Positions 35,936-46,069 of a stretch of 64,000 bases of DNA are shown one piece after another (the stretch's first letter is position 1; each line of letters opens with the position of its first letter). Both the position numbers and the translations under genes were made by a program. The notes beneath the pieces were generated by a model, which saw only the letters and a list, made by a program, of their open reading frames with translations, was not told the DNA's origin and ran no database searches. The stretch comes from a virus: positions 17,705-81,704 of IMG/VR virus record IMGVR_UViG_3300042934_000861. The stretch is one strand, 5' to 3'.

Positions 35936-36067
35936 GTTAGTCTCTTTTATTGTGCGCTGGTAGCGGCGTAATCGCTATATGGCTTAGTTCGTCCCGTGAT
36001 TAAGCCATAACTTAAAGCGGGAATATTTCGTGCCGCCGACGTTATGGGCGTAAGGGGGATTAGTAAT

Positions 36068-37246
36068 ATGCCTGACAACGATGTAGTAATACCCGAAGAA
36101 TTAGATGGTATTTCAAGAGAAATAGCGCTTGAAATAATGCAAGAAGCTGCTGAATTAGAAGCTTCAGCAAAACAAGAGTCTAACCAACCTGAAGTAAAAC
36201 AGCCGGATGTCGCTGCACCTGCTGCCACTACGGCAACTGAAACCAATGGCCAAAGCACTCAGCTTGAAGTCAAAACGCCTGATTCCACCGGGGCCTCTGC
36301 ACCCGACACCACGCAGAGTACGGATAACGGCGAAGATAAAGACAAAATGGTTCCACTGGCCGCACTTCATGATGAACGGCGTAAGCGTCAAGAAAATGAC
36401 AAAAGGCTAGCAGCTTTAGAAGCTGAGCTTCAACAATTGAGAGCAGCAAAAACAACACAGCCACAAGCTCTGCCTTCGCAACCGGTGCAGACTCAAATGG
36501 GGCAACAGCCCTTGAAGCAGCAACCAGAAACCGAAGACCAGAAGCTGCAGACTGGGAATTATCGCAAACAATTGATTCAAGCTGCTAAAGAAAAGTTCAA
36601 AGAAGATAACGGCAGAGAGCCAGATATGTACGGCAATGAAGATGATGGTGCTGAAATCTCTATCCTGGTAAATGAACTGCACAGTAGTGTGATGGCTGAA
36701 GCAAGCCGCATCAACAACGAACGTCAAACGGTTGTTAGTGCCTATCAAGAGTTCGCTACGCGGGAAACTGCTACACCTGAATATAATGACGTTTGGAATT
36801 ACATGGTGAATCGGGTTTCGCAACTTCCACCAGCGCAGCAACAGGCTTTAACGCAGGCTTTTGAAAAGGCAACCAACGGTACAGGTTCAATGGCTGATGT
36901 TCTGGCCATAACGAACCTTTGGGAAAGTTCTAAACTAATGTGGAAAGCGGAGAAGGCCACGAAGGTGCCTGATACTGTTGTAACTACCGCTCAGGCACCG
37001 CAAAACACAGCTGCCCCTGTACCGGCTGCATCCAATGTTGTAATGCCGGTGAATATTCCGGTTCAATCGCAACCAGCGAGTATTGAACAAAAACTGAATG
37101 AAATTGACAAGCACCCCAGAGTGAATCAAGTTAACGGTGGCAATTTGCAAGCCGGTCCATCAACGACCGAGTTAGAGCGAATGCTGCAGGAAACAGATTG
37201 GGACAAAATTCCTCCCGAGTATCGAAAGTTGTTACTCGAAGGATAA
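36068..37246 (+). CDS. capsid scaffolding protein
   Basis: Acidic disordered N-terminus, MVPLAALHDERRKRQE motif, located between portal and capsid genes. Confidence 0.85.
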   Translation: MPDNDVVIPEELDGISREIALEIMQEAAELEASAKQESNQPEVKQPDVAAPAATTATETNGQSTQLEVKTPDSTGASAPDTTQSTDNGEDKDKMVPLAALHDERRKRQENDKRLAALEAELQQLRAAKTTQPQALPSQPVQTQMGQQPLKQQPETEDQKLQTGNYRKQLIQAAKEKFKEDNGREPDMYGNEDDGAEISILVNELHSSVMAEASRINNERQTVVSAYQEFATRETATPEYNDVWNYMVNRVSQLPPAQQQALTQAFEKATNGTGSMADVLAITNLWESSKLMWKAEKATKVPDTVVTTAQAPQNTAAPVPAASNVVMPVNIPVQSQPASIEQKLNEIDKHPRVNQVNGGNLQAGPSTTELERMLQETDWDKIPPEYRKLLLEG

Positions 37247-37316
37247 ACCGATCGATTGATTCCTCCGCGTGGTGCATTTTTTATTACCAAATTTGTATTT
37301 AACGGAGGATGTTAAT

Positions 37317-38309
37317 ATGGCTGATACTGTAATTCCCGTAGCGCTCCGGCAAAAGGCCTGGGCGAAAGAAACTTGGACTGCTGCTGTAAAAGAAAGCTTT
37401 TTCGCTAACTTTATGGGTAAAACTTCTGACTCTTTAATTCAAATCAAAGAGGAACTGAAGAAAGAATCCGGTGACCAAATCACTATTTCCCTGCGCATGC
37501 CGCTTTTGGGTGAAGGCGTTGAGGACGATGATGTGCTGGAAGGCAATGAAGAAGCCATGCAGTACTTTGACTTTTCTGTCCAAATCAACCAGCTTCGCCA
37601 TGCAGTGCGATTGAAAGGCAAGATGGACGAGAAACGTACTGCTAAGAATTTAAGGGCAGAAGCAAAAGATGCTCTTAAAGATTGGTACACTGAAAAGATT
37701 GATAGCAAGATCTTTGGCGCTTTAGCTGCAAGTCCATCTGCTCGTCGGACTATTTACCCTGGAGCTGTCGTAGCCGCCAGTGCTCTAACTGATGCTGATA
37801 AATTTAGTACTGCGGTTATTTCTAAGGCTAAACGTGCTGCATCTAAACGTACTATTTATAACACAACCCATGTACTTCCTAAAATTCGCCCACTAAAGGT
37901 CAATGGTAAAAAGGCATATATTATGCTGATTACCTTAGAACAGCTGCGCGATTTGCGGAATGATCCGGTATGGGTGTCCGCGCAAGAGAATGCGAATGTA
38001 CGCGGTGAGGAAAATCCGATTCTTTCCGGATCTGAAGGCGTGTATGATGGCGTAATTATTTACGCACATGAAAGTGTGCCGGTGACTGCGACAGGTGCTT
38101 CTGGAGCCAATGTAGGACATGCTATGCTGCTCGGCGCTCAGGCCGGTGCCTTTGCTGTCGGCGGTGAACAAGAATGGAATGAAGAAACATTCGACTACAA
38201 AAATAAGACAGGTTTTGAAGTTGGTTCTATTTTTGGTATTGCTAAATCAAAATTTGATTCTGAAGACTTTGCGGTTATTCACGTTCTTACCGGCAACAAA
38301 GCTGACTAG
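37317..38309 (+). CDS. major capsid protein (N4-gp56/DUF4043 family)
   Basis: ELKKESGDQITISL...LEGNEEAM...QLRHAV...GVYDGVIIY...LLGAQA...EETFDY...DFAVI. Confidence 0.93.
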   Translation: MADTVIPVALRQKAWAKETWTAAVKESFFANFMGKTSDSLIQIKEELKKESGDQITISLRMPLLGEGVEDDDVLEGNEEAMQYFDFSVQINQLRHAVRLKGKMDEKRTAKNLRAEAKDALKDWYTEKIDSKIFGALAASPSARRTIYPGAVVAASALTDADKFSTAVISKAKRAASKRTIYNTTHVLPKIRPLKVNGKKAYIMLITLEQLRDLRNDPVWVSAQENANVRGEENPILSGSEGVYDGVIIYAHESVPVTATGASGANVGHAMLLGAQAGAFAVGGEQEWNEETFDYKNKTGFEVGSIFGIAKSKFDSEDFAVIHVLTGNKAD

Positions 38310-38319
38310 TTATGAAAAT

Positions 38320-38349
38320 GGCCAGGGTTTAATAGCCCTGGCCTATTTA
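38320..38349 (+). terminator. hairpin after capsid gene
   Basis: GGCCAGGG-TTTAATAG-CCCTGGCC-TATTT. Confidence 0.65.
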
Positions 38350-38368
38350 CTATATAGGTGGTGAATAC

Positions 38369-38797
38369 ATGTCTATACTCAATAAACTAGTGATTAAAGT
38401 ACGACTAAAGCTTAGAGATATGGATGCTGCTAAATATAGTGCTTATGAAGTTATGGACGCAATGAATGAGACAATTAGCGAACTACGGCAAGTGGTAAAG
38501 CTTTATTATAAAAAGTTGACTTTTCCCATTCCGGAACCAGCTAAGTTAAAAGCAGAGGATGAAACTGGTTGGCCGGATGATTTTGATAATCTTATAATCG
38601 AACACTGCATAATTCTGTTGGCACCTGGGGATTACTCAGCCAAAGAAGAAGCGAAAGTGTATTGGAAAGGAAAAGTGATTAGCCTTGCCGGCACGATGAG
38701 AAAGGAAAAAATCATGCAGGCAGATTGCTGGAATTTAAACTATAACGATGAAGTGGAGGAGGAAGAAGAGATAGTAGAGGAAGGTGAGGATGGTTAA
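38369..38797 (+). CDS. head-tail adaptor-like protein
   Basis: VRLKLRDMD...YSAYEVMDAMNE; position after capsid gene. Confidence 0.6.
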   Translation: MSILNKLVIKVRLKLRDMDAAKYSAYEVMDAMNETISELRQVVKLYYKKLTFPIPEPAKLKAEDETGWPDDFDNLIIEHCIILLAPGDYSAKEEAKVYWKGKVISLAGTMRKEKIMQADCWNLNYNDEVEEEEEIVEEGEDG

Positions 38798-41700
38798 TGA
38801 ACTGGAATAAGCTACCGGCCTTTATTGATGATGCATTGATAACCTTAACCTCTATATGGAGTAGTCAAAAGGTCAGCGATGAAATAAACAAGGTTCAATC
38901 GAATGTAGATGGTCATGCTGGCCGTACAGACAATCCTCATAGTGTTACTGCTATTCAAGTAGGAGCAGAAACACCTTCAGGTGCGCAGGCTAAAGCAAAT
39001 GTAGTACAGTCAAGTATAAATGCTCATACTGCGCGTATAGATAACCCGCATAGTGTTACAGCTGCTCAGGTAGGTGCGGAAACGCCTGCAGGTGCGCAGG
39101 CTAAAGCAAATGTTGTGCAGACCAATTTAGCTACGCACATTGCATCAGGAACTCATAGCTTTGTAACAGGGGTAACTGATAAGCCAAGTACTATTGGCGG
39201 CTACGGTATCACGAATGCCTACACGAAGACTGAGGTAACAAGCTTGCTTGCTGCTAAGGCAAATCTCGCAGCCACGTTAGCTGGCTACGGTATTACTGAT
39301 GCCTATACGAAGCCACAGGTAGATGCTAACATCGCAACGGCTGTAGCTGCACTTGTGAATAGTGCTCCGACCACACTGGATACCATAAATGAATTGGCGG
39401 AGGCTCTCGGTGATGATCCTAATTTCTCAACGACAGTGTTTAACTTAATCGGGACCAAACTTGGCTCCGATGAAGTTGTTACTGCTGCTACAGCTAATAA
39501 GGTGCTTCGCCTAGATGCCAACGGTAAATTCCCGTGGGCTGTATTAGCTAATGTGCCGAGTTCCTTCACCCCTGCTGCCCATAATCAGGCATGGAGCACC
39601 ATTACCGGCACGCCTACCACACTGGCAGGGTACGGAATCACCGATGCCTATACCAAAGCAGCAGCCGATGTGATAACCAATAACCACTTAAACAGCACTG
39701 CGGCCCACACAGCTATGAATATTACCAATGCACCAGGTAGTATTGTTAAATCGGTAAACGTGCAGAACGCCTTAGACGAGCTGGCGAATTACAATGGATT
39801 TGCTAGTACACAAATCGGTGCAGAGCAAGGTGAGCTAGGTGTAGAAATTAAAGGCCGTACTTTGGTAAATTTGTTTGGGAGTGGAAATTATGAGGATATG
39901 TTACTCTGGGCTGGATATCACGCTACTCTGGCACTCGACCAAACCAACGTTAGGTATGGATCGAGTAGAGTAAAAGTAACAATTAGTACAGGGTACACTT
40001 CTGGTTATCTTTTTAAAGCAATGACTGTGTATGTCGGTAAATACTATATATGCTTGGCTGATGTAATTAATGGCAATGCTACTAACGTAGGTGTGGCACC
40101 TAATACTTTTGGTGCAGGAAACCTAAATACTTCTACTACAGCTTATATGACTTCATATAAAAAATTTACTCCGTCAACAGAGATTACTACGGGAATACAG
40201 GTGGCTGTAAACGGCAGTGAAGGGCAATATGCTTATGTAGATGGATTTCGATTTTACGAGATAACTCAAGCAGAGTACAATGCTATTGATTCTATGACAG
40301 AAGCTCAAGTAGCCGCTAAGTATCCTTATGTAGATTCAGTACAGTTTAAGAAAGATGTTCTTGTAACGCAAATAGGGAAAAATCTATTTGATCCTACTAA
40401 TGTTATACAAGGATACTATTTAACTACTGGAAATGTTGTATCAGTAGACGCTACAAACTGGTACAGCCCGTCTTATATAGCAGTAAAGCCTTCTACCTCT
40501 TATTCACAAACTGCTGTAGGGCATAGTGTTCGTTTCTACGATAATAACTACAATTTCATATCTGCACTTCAAGGTGTTTCGACATTTACTACTCCTGCTA
40601 ATTGTACGTATGTTAGAGTAACAGGCCCTGTAACAAGCCTTGCAACTTACCAACTCGAACTAGGCGCTGTAGCTACAAACTTTGAACCACAAGTAAAATC
40701 ATATGCTCACACACCCATGCAAATAGCCGAAGGAGAAAGCGTATGGTTAACTCCTACTACTTCTGTGTATAAAGAAGTGTGGAAGAAGAATATTGTATTA
40801 GATGGAAGCAGACCTTATATATTTGGCTCTACTTATACGGGGTTTAAGCGTATAACCTATAGGCTTGAGTATGTAGAAAAGTTTCCTCATAGCGTAACAA
40901 CTGAATTTCCATTTTGTACAAAATATGACTCTTCCGTACTAGGGAGAAACTTCTCTAGTTGGAGTTCTGGTGATTTATGTATACTGGATAACAGTGATAC
41001 TTATTCAACCTCAAGGGTACATATCAGTATTTCTAACACTGATACTGGGTGGGCAGACGATATGTCACCAACAGTGGATGACATAAAAGCCTACTTCTAT
41101 GGCTGGAAAATGTGCGCTTCTAATGGCTCTACCTATGTATCAGGCACAAAATATTGGAAGAAGATCACGGACGGAACCGGAATAACTTCTACTGTACCTA
41201 CCGCAAGTTATGCTGGATATACTCCTTACGTTTTGCATTATAAACTTGCTACTCCTGTATATCACATTAATTACTATAATAATGATTCAACTAAGCCAAT
41301 AATGAGCGCAGGAAGTGTAGTAAATATTCTGCAGGGAGTAACACAGGTAGAGCAGAAAAGCGGAGTAGTGTGGAGATCAACAGAAGCTATACTGTTATCG
41401 TCCAGCTTATACTATTTCAATGGTGGAAGTGCATATGCTCTAAAGTACCGCGAAAAATCATTAGTTGATATCTATAAGAATGGAGCAAGCGATAGAAAAA
41501 ACTGGTCATCAGGGGATATATCATTAACAAACAATACACGTGGATTACACTTTTATAATATCCCTCAGGCAAATTATGATACCACAGCAAGTTACACAAT
41601 AAGCTATGAACAACTCGACAAGTATTTATACACTGTTGATGCTTTTGCTATTGATAATCCTATTCCTACTCGTCAACGCAATTTCTCCTTAGATTCTACA

Positions 41701-43428
41701 GAGCAAAAGATAGCTTATTTTAAGATTAACAATGTCGATCTTGTTGGAGCTATGGGAGTAAGAAATCCATCTACTTTAGCTGACTACGGAATACTTGACG
41801 CATACACAAAAGATGGTGTAGATGCCACTGTAAATATTATAAGTACTTCTATAAATACTAAATTAAGTACAGCAAACTCTATAGGAGGAGTTATATACAA
41901 CTATCGAGATGTAGCTTCATTTAGTAGCGCAGCAGCTACCACTACTGGGATACTAAAAATAATGTTGCCCGTAGGCTGGATTAACAGTTTAATGACTATA
42001 GATATAAAAGGTTTTAATTATGTAACTGCCTCCACAAACTGGCACGCTACACTCGCAGGTCAAAACGCCAATACTACATCAACCTGGATTGCAACCTCTG
42101 CAACTCTAAGTCCCAATTGCCCAGTAACAAGTGTAAGATTCGGTTATGACACTGTAGCAGGGAAAGCTTGTATACTTCTCGGAACTGCGTCCTCAGTATG
42201 GCAGTATCCTAAAATATTAATAAGTGCTATGGTAGGGCATAACAGTCCTAGTGTTTATAGTAGTGGTTGGGGCGTAGGTATCATAACTGACGAAACAGGC
42301 ATAACAGTTAGTTCCACACCTACTATAAAAACGCTTGCTTATGTAGAAAGCGGAGCTTTAACTGTTAACAATGCTTCTACCGGAAACACTCGCTCTGGAT
42401 ACTTTAATAACACTGATTATGCAGCAGGAAATCGTAACTATATCCAAGTAAGGCAGCAAGTTGCGTCTGGTAGTAGCTATAGCGCAATGCTTGGCGTGGA
42501 TAAGGATACCGGAAACGTATGGCTATCTAACGATGCAATTACTACACAACATTTAGCAATTTCCCCTGCTGGAAATGTTGGAATCGGAAAAACACCTACA
42601 GTAGCGTTAGATGTAAGTGGGGTCATAAATTCTGATGCGCTAATAAGCGTAATAAGGACAGCAAGCAATAATTCTGCGATAGTTAAAGTGCAAAACGATT
42701 CCTCTAAGGCACTTTCTTTGATTAGTCTAGGAAGTACTTATGCCTCCCCTTACCACTCCTTAAAACCTAATACGACCTCCCTTTATACAAATGCAGAATT
42801 AGGAATAGAAGTTGACGCAAATGCGCCTATCACTTTTTGGACTAATGCTGCTGAACGTATGAGGATTAATGCAAGTGGTAATGTAGGAATAGGAGTCACA
42901 GACCCTAAAGCTACTCTCCATAGTACGGGAAGTACAATATTAGGGTGTGCGCCTGGTCCAGTATGGGCAGATATAGGGACTAGTCAACTTGCTATGTATG
43001 CTCAAGATGGGAGCATGTTTCTTAGTTGGAAAGATGCCGGAGGTCTACAAAGAACAGTTGGTCTTACCTGCCCTAGTGGAGTAATCAGCACAGTATCAGG
43101 GACTAATTTATGGCTTTCTAGTGAATATACTCCTGTATTGAATACACCGACGACTGTAACCCATGGTTTGACTCTCGACCCAGTAAAATGTAAATGTGAT
43201 GTTTTGTTAAAGTGCGCTGTTGCACAAGGCGGGTACTCTGTAGGGGATTACGCAATTGGAGCGATAAATAGCACAGGAAACGCAGAGTACAGTTTTACTC
43301 CCGCACTAAACACAACAACTATTCAAGTTAATACAAGTGCAGGAATATATGCTATGACTAAAACCAATGGAACCCCTTTTCAATGTACCCCTGCTAACTG
43401 GAGGTATATCTTTAGGATTTGGTATTAA
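38797..43428 (+). CDS. long tail fibre / receptor-binding protein (mosaic)
   Basis: NPHSVTAxQVG repeats, YGITDAYTK repeats, APTTLDTINELAEALGDDPNF, carbohydrate-binding-like modules, GNVGIG repeats. Confidence 0.9.
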   Translation: MNWNKLPAFIDDALITLTSIWSSQKVSDEINKVQSNVDGHAGRTDNPHSVTAIQVGAETPSGAQAKANVVQSSINAHTARIDNPHSVTAAQVGAETPAGAQAKANVVQTNLATHIASGTHSFVTGVTDKPSTIGGYGITNAYTKTEVTSLLAAKANLAATLAGYGITDAYTKPQVDANIATAVAALVNSAPTTLDTINELAEALGDDPNFSTTVFNLIGTKLGSDEVVTAATANKVLRLDANGKFPWAVLANVPSSFTPAAHNQAWSTITGTPTTLAGYGITDAYTKAAADVITNNHLNSTAAHTAMNITNAPGSIVKSVNVQNALDELANYNGFASTQIGAEQGELGVEIKGRTLVNLFGSGNYEDMLLWAGYHATLALDQTNVRYGSSRVKVTISTGYTSGYLFKAMTVYVGKYYICLADVINGNATNVGVAPNTFGAGNLNTSTTAYMTSYKKFTPSTEITTGIQVAVNGSEGQYAYVDGFRFYEITQAEYNAIDSMTEAQVAAKYPYVDSVQFKKDVLVTQIGKNLFDPTNVIQGYYLTTGNVVSVDATNWYSPSYIAVKPSTSYSQTAVGHSVRFYDNNYNFISALQGVSTFTTPANCTYVRVTGPVTSLATYQLELGAVATNFEPQVKSYAHTPMQIAEGESVWLTPTTSVYKEVWKKNIVLDGSRPYIFGSTYTGFKRITYRLEYVEKFPHSVTTEFPFCTKYDSSVLGRNFSSWSSGDLCILDNSDTYSTSRVHISISNTDTGWADDMSPTVDDIKAYFYGWKMCASNGSTYVSGTKYWKKITDGTGITSTVPTASYAGYTPYVLHYKLATPVYHINYYNNDSTKPIMSAGSVVNILQGVTQVEQKSGVVWRSTEAILLSSSLYYFNGGSAYALKYREKSLVDIYKNGASDRKNWSSGDISLTNNTRGLHFYNIPQANYDTTASYTISYEQLDKYLYTVDAFAIDNPIPTRQRNFSLDSTEQKIAYFKINNVDLVGAMGVRNPSTLADYGILDAYTKDGVDATVNIISTSINTKLSTANSIGGVIYNYRDVASFSSAAATTTGILKIMLPVGWINSLMTIDIKGFNYVTASTNWHATLAGQNANTTSTWIATSATLSPNCPVTSVRFGYDTVAGKACILLGTASSVWQYPKILISAMVGHNSPSVYSSGWGVGIITDETGITVSSTPTIKTLAYVESGALTVNNASTGNTRSGYFNNTDYAAGNRNYIQVRQQVASGSSYSAMLGVDKDTGNVWLSNDAITTQHLAISPAGNVGIGKTPTVALDVSGVINSDALISVIRTASNNSAIVKVQNDSSKALSLISLGSTYASPYHSLKPNTTSLYTNAELGIEVDANAPITFWTNAAERMRINASGNVGIGVTDPKATLHSTGSTILGCAPGPVWADIGTSQLAMYAQDGSMFLSWKDAGGLQRTVGLTCPSGVISTVSGTNLWLSSEYTPVLNTPTTVTHGLTLDPVKCKCDVLLKCAVAQGGYSVGDYAIGAINSTGNAEYSFTPALNTTTIQVNTSAGIYAMTKTNGTPFQCTPANWRYIFRIWY

Positions 43429-43493
43429 AATTAAGGGGAATTACTTATGGCAATCAAATGTAAGTTCACAAGTATTCAAGGAGGCTTACTAAT

Positions 43494-43688
43494 ATGACAC
43501 CAGACCAGATTAAAGTTCAACTTTGTGATGTAATGCTGACCATGGAAGAGTTACACGGCCAGCTACAGTATTTATCACAGGTCAAGCAACAACTACAGCA
43601 ACAATTAAAAGAGGCTGTTAAAACTGAACAGCAGGAGGTGTTCCCCGTTGAAGAAGTTGTTACAACTGCTGAAGAAGATCCCGCCTGA
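43494..43688 (+). CDS. small coiled-coil protein
   Basis: AAGGAGG SD. Confidence 0.6.
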   Translation: MTPDQIKVQLCDVMLTMEELHGQLQYLSQVKQQLQQQLKEAVKTEQQEVFPVEEVVTTAEEDPA

Positions 43689-43896
43689 TAAGCTTATACA
43701 CTTGTTAGGCGGGTATTTTATTGCCTCGTTGTTTCCGGGGGATGTTGGCCTGTTGGTGGCAATATTAACCGGCATTGGTAAAGAAGTATATGACTATAAA
43801 ACAAAAACCGGCACGCCCGAATGGCGAGACGCTGCTTGCACTATTGCAGGCGGCGTTTTATATTGCGCAAAAGTGGCACTGTGGAGCCTACTATGA
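43648..43896 (+). CDS. small membrane protein (DKxxH...KE..D family)
   Basis: DKLIHLLGG...GIGKEVYD...WRDAACT; AGGAGGTG SD. Confidence 0.7.
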   Translation: MKKLLQLLKKIPPDKLIHLLGGYFIASLFPGDVGLLVAILTGIGKEVYDYKTKTGTPEWRDAACTIAGGVLYCAKVALWSLL

Positions 43897-44630
43897 TTAT
43901 CAGCAGCAATAGCGGTACTGGCAATCACACGAAAATGCTGCAGCAGTATGCCACACACATAAACGTCATAAATGATGCTCCTTCCGAATTGACGGTGACA
44001 GTAAGCGGACAGGTCGTAACGGTTCTTGGATTAGAACAATTTGAGGGTGATTTTGCTCCATTTATCACATTGTCTATTAGTGCTTCCGGACCATGGCGAT
44101 ATGTGATCGAGGCGTCTGAGTCCTTAATCGGTGATTCCTCTGCTACGCCTAACGGTGAGATCATCAAACGTATTAGAGAGTTGATTTCAGATAAGGATGG
44201 TATCGAATTTGAAACAAGCGCGGTAGTTGGTTTCCTGAACAGCGCAATAGCCTGGTTGAGTTTGCAACTTATTCAAAATAACAATGTCGAAATGATTAAA
44301 GAAATTGTCATAACGGATGGCGCAAATGTTCCTAATGACTATATAAAGCCATGCGGATTATATCCAGTCAAAAAGACAGGCAACACTTTCCGTTTCTTAG
44401 ATGACTCCGAAACGCTTGAATTTCAGTACTTTGCTAACAGGCCGTATATCACCGTAAATGAAGCCGATGTTTTTTTGCCTACATATTCAGTATTCAAGCC
44501 AATATATGATGCTGTACTAATACAGAAAACAGCTATCCTTGCACTTAATCGCGACGAATACGATATTACACAAGATGAGGCACTATTAGCTCAGTCGTTA
44601 CAGGCAATTGGGGTGATAGGCAGTGCCTAA
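43893..44630 (+). CDS. tail adaptor/tubular protein A-like with N-terminal beta domain
   Basis: IIKRIRELISD...FLNSAIAWL; upstream of nozzle-like gene. Confidence 0.6.
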   Translation: MIISSNSGTGNHTKMLQQYATHINVINDAPSELTVTVSGQVVTVLGLEQFEGDFAPFITLSISASGPWRYVIEASESLIGDSSATPNGEIIKRIRELISDKDGIEFETSAVVGFLNSAIAWLSLQLIQNNNVEMIKEIVITDGANVPNDYIKPCGLYPVKKTGNTFRFLDDSETLEFQYFANRPYITVNEADVFLPTYSVFKPIYDAVLIQKTAILALNRDEYDITQDEALLAQSLQAIGVIGSA

Positions 44631-46068
44631 ACGCTCATCTAAACATGCTAATGTGCAGCCTCTTTCAATTGACGATTATTCTGGAGGATTGCGATTAGAT
44701 ATTGCTCCTGTTTCAAATAAGTTCTTGCCGAACATGTTGCAAAAGTCAATGAATGTTGAACTTGACTATGTGACCGGTAAGCTAAAAGTTGTGGACGGCT
44801 TAGTGTCGGTATTGAAGCTGCCTGCCAAAGCAGATACTTTGTTTTACAATTACAAGGATAATTATTTCTTGGTTAATTGCGGCCGGAGCCTTTACCGCTT
44901 AAATGGGAACATATCGCCTAAGACAGAGCCTGTTTTAGTGGGGCAATTGAACAGTATAAAGCGACCATCCTATGCGGTCTATGGCTCTTATACGGCTGTA
45001 GTAACCGGGAGTAAAGTGCAATATCTCGACTATGCGAATAGCTTTAAAGAGGCAGCAGCTTCACCTGTAGCTGATATGTGTTATGTTAGGTCTGGTAGAT
45101 TAGGTATCTGTAATACTGGCAGTGATATTATAAATTGGTGTGGCACTGGTGACGTTGAGAATTGGAATTTTGGAACAGACAATGAGCAAAATGCCTGGTA
45201 CGCCGAAGTCGGATATCAGGATGGTGGCGGCATTGTAGCCGTCAAAGAGCTATTCGGCAATATAATAGTTGTTAAGCGTTCCGGTAAAACGTTTAGGCTG
45301 ACAGGGGATTATTACTGGCAAGCTTATGATGGCCCGAGTGGGGTTTATACAGTAGGGCAAAACGGTGTGATATTCGCCGGTAATGGACTGTACTACATCG
45401 GAAAAGATGGATTTAGCGCCATTGCCTTTAATTCTGGAGAGTACGGAACCTTGCGTTCATCTGAAGTAGGGGCAGCTGTCAACCAACTCCTGCTACAAGG
45501 TGTCAGCCAAAATGCTAAGCTATGGGATGTACAGCCCAAAAAGCAAATATGGATTCGTGCTGATGAGATGGGTACTACCTATCTCTTTCACTATTTTTCG
45601 GGGGTTTTTACCGTTCGGAAATTTAGCCAACCAATAGCTGATGTTTGTCTGGTTGGTAATACGGTCTATGTTCTGGCCGGTGATACCATTTACCGGATGG
45701 ATGAGGATGCAGATACCGAATTGGACGGCAATCCTATCCAGATAGATGTAGAAGGAAAGATTTACACTACTTTAAATGAGTTTCTCATCAAGAGAATAGC
45801 TGCTTCCATTGAAGCCCGCGGCGACGTGGATGCTAAGATTCAAATAGGTAAGTTAGAACTTCCCATACAATATACCGCACACAGTCCCTACGTTGCAGAC
45901 TGCACTGGATACTTAGCCGATGCCGATTATCCCTTGTGGACGCTTACTAGATTAACTCCGGAGGAAAAACGTCAAAACTATCGCACAAAACAGTTTGCTA
46001 TAAGAATTACCTCTACTAAAGGAGCCTTTTCGTTAAACAATATCACCTTAGAAGTGGTGGAGGTGTAA
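44623..46068 (+). CDS. tail nozzle/tubular protein B-like (beta-propeller)
   Basis: DDYSGGL N-terminus, beta-repeat pattern, size and position typical of podoviruses. Confidence 0.7.
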   Translation: MPKRSSKHANVQPLSIDDYSGGLRLDIAPVSNKFLPNMLQKSMNVELDYVTGKLKVVDGLVSVLKLPAKADTLFYNYKDNYFLVNCGRSLYRLNGNISPKTEPVLVGQLNSIKRPSYAVYGSYTAVVTGSKVQYLDYANSFKEAAASPVADMCYVRSGRLGICNTGSDIINWCGTGDVENWNFGTDNEQNAWYAEVGYQDGGGIVAVKELFGNIIVVKRSGKTFRLTGDYYWQAYDGPSGVYTVGQNGVIFAGNGLYYIGKDGFSAIAFNSGEYGTLRSSEVGAAVNQLLLQGVSQNAKLWDVQPKKQIWIRADEMGTTYLFHYFSGVFTVRKFSQPIADVCLVGNTVYVLAGDTIYRMDEDADTELDGNPIQIDVEGKIYTTLNEFLIKRIAASIEARGDVDAKIQIGKLELPIQYTAHSPYVADCTGYLADADYPLWTLTRLTPEEKRQNYRTKQFAIRITSTKGAFSLNNITLEVVEV

Positions 46069-46069
46069 T

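Noticed and set aside
35979-36022. HDV-like or pistol ribozyme reading of the scaffold leader
   Set aside because: The loop resembles an HDV L3, but there is no room for P2/J1-2 and no P4/J4-2 element; kept only as a pseudoknotted leader
43447-43497. Stub MAIKCKF resembling the XRE start MAIKCNL
   Set aside because: Only five residues match and the DNA differs at synonymous sites; most likely coincidence
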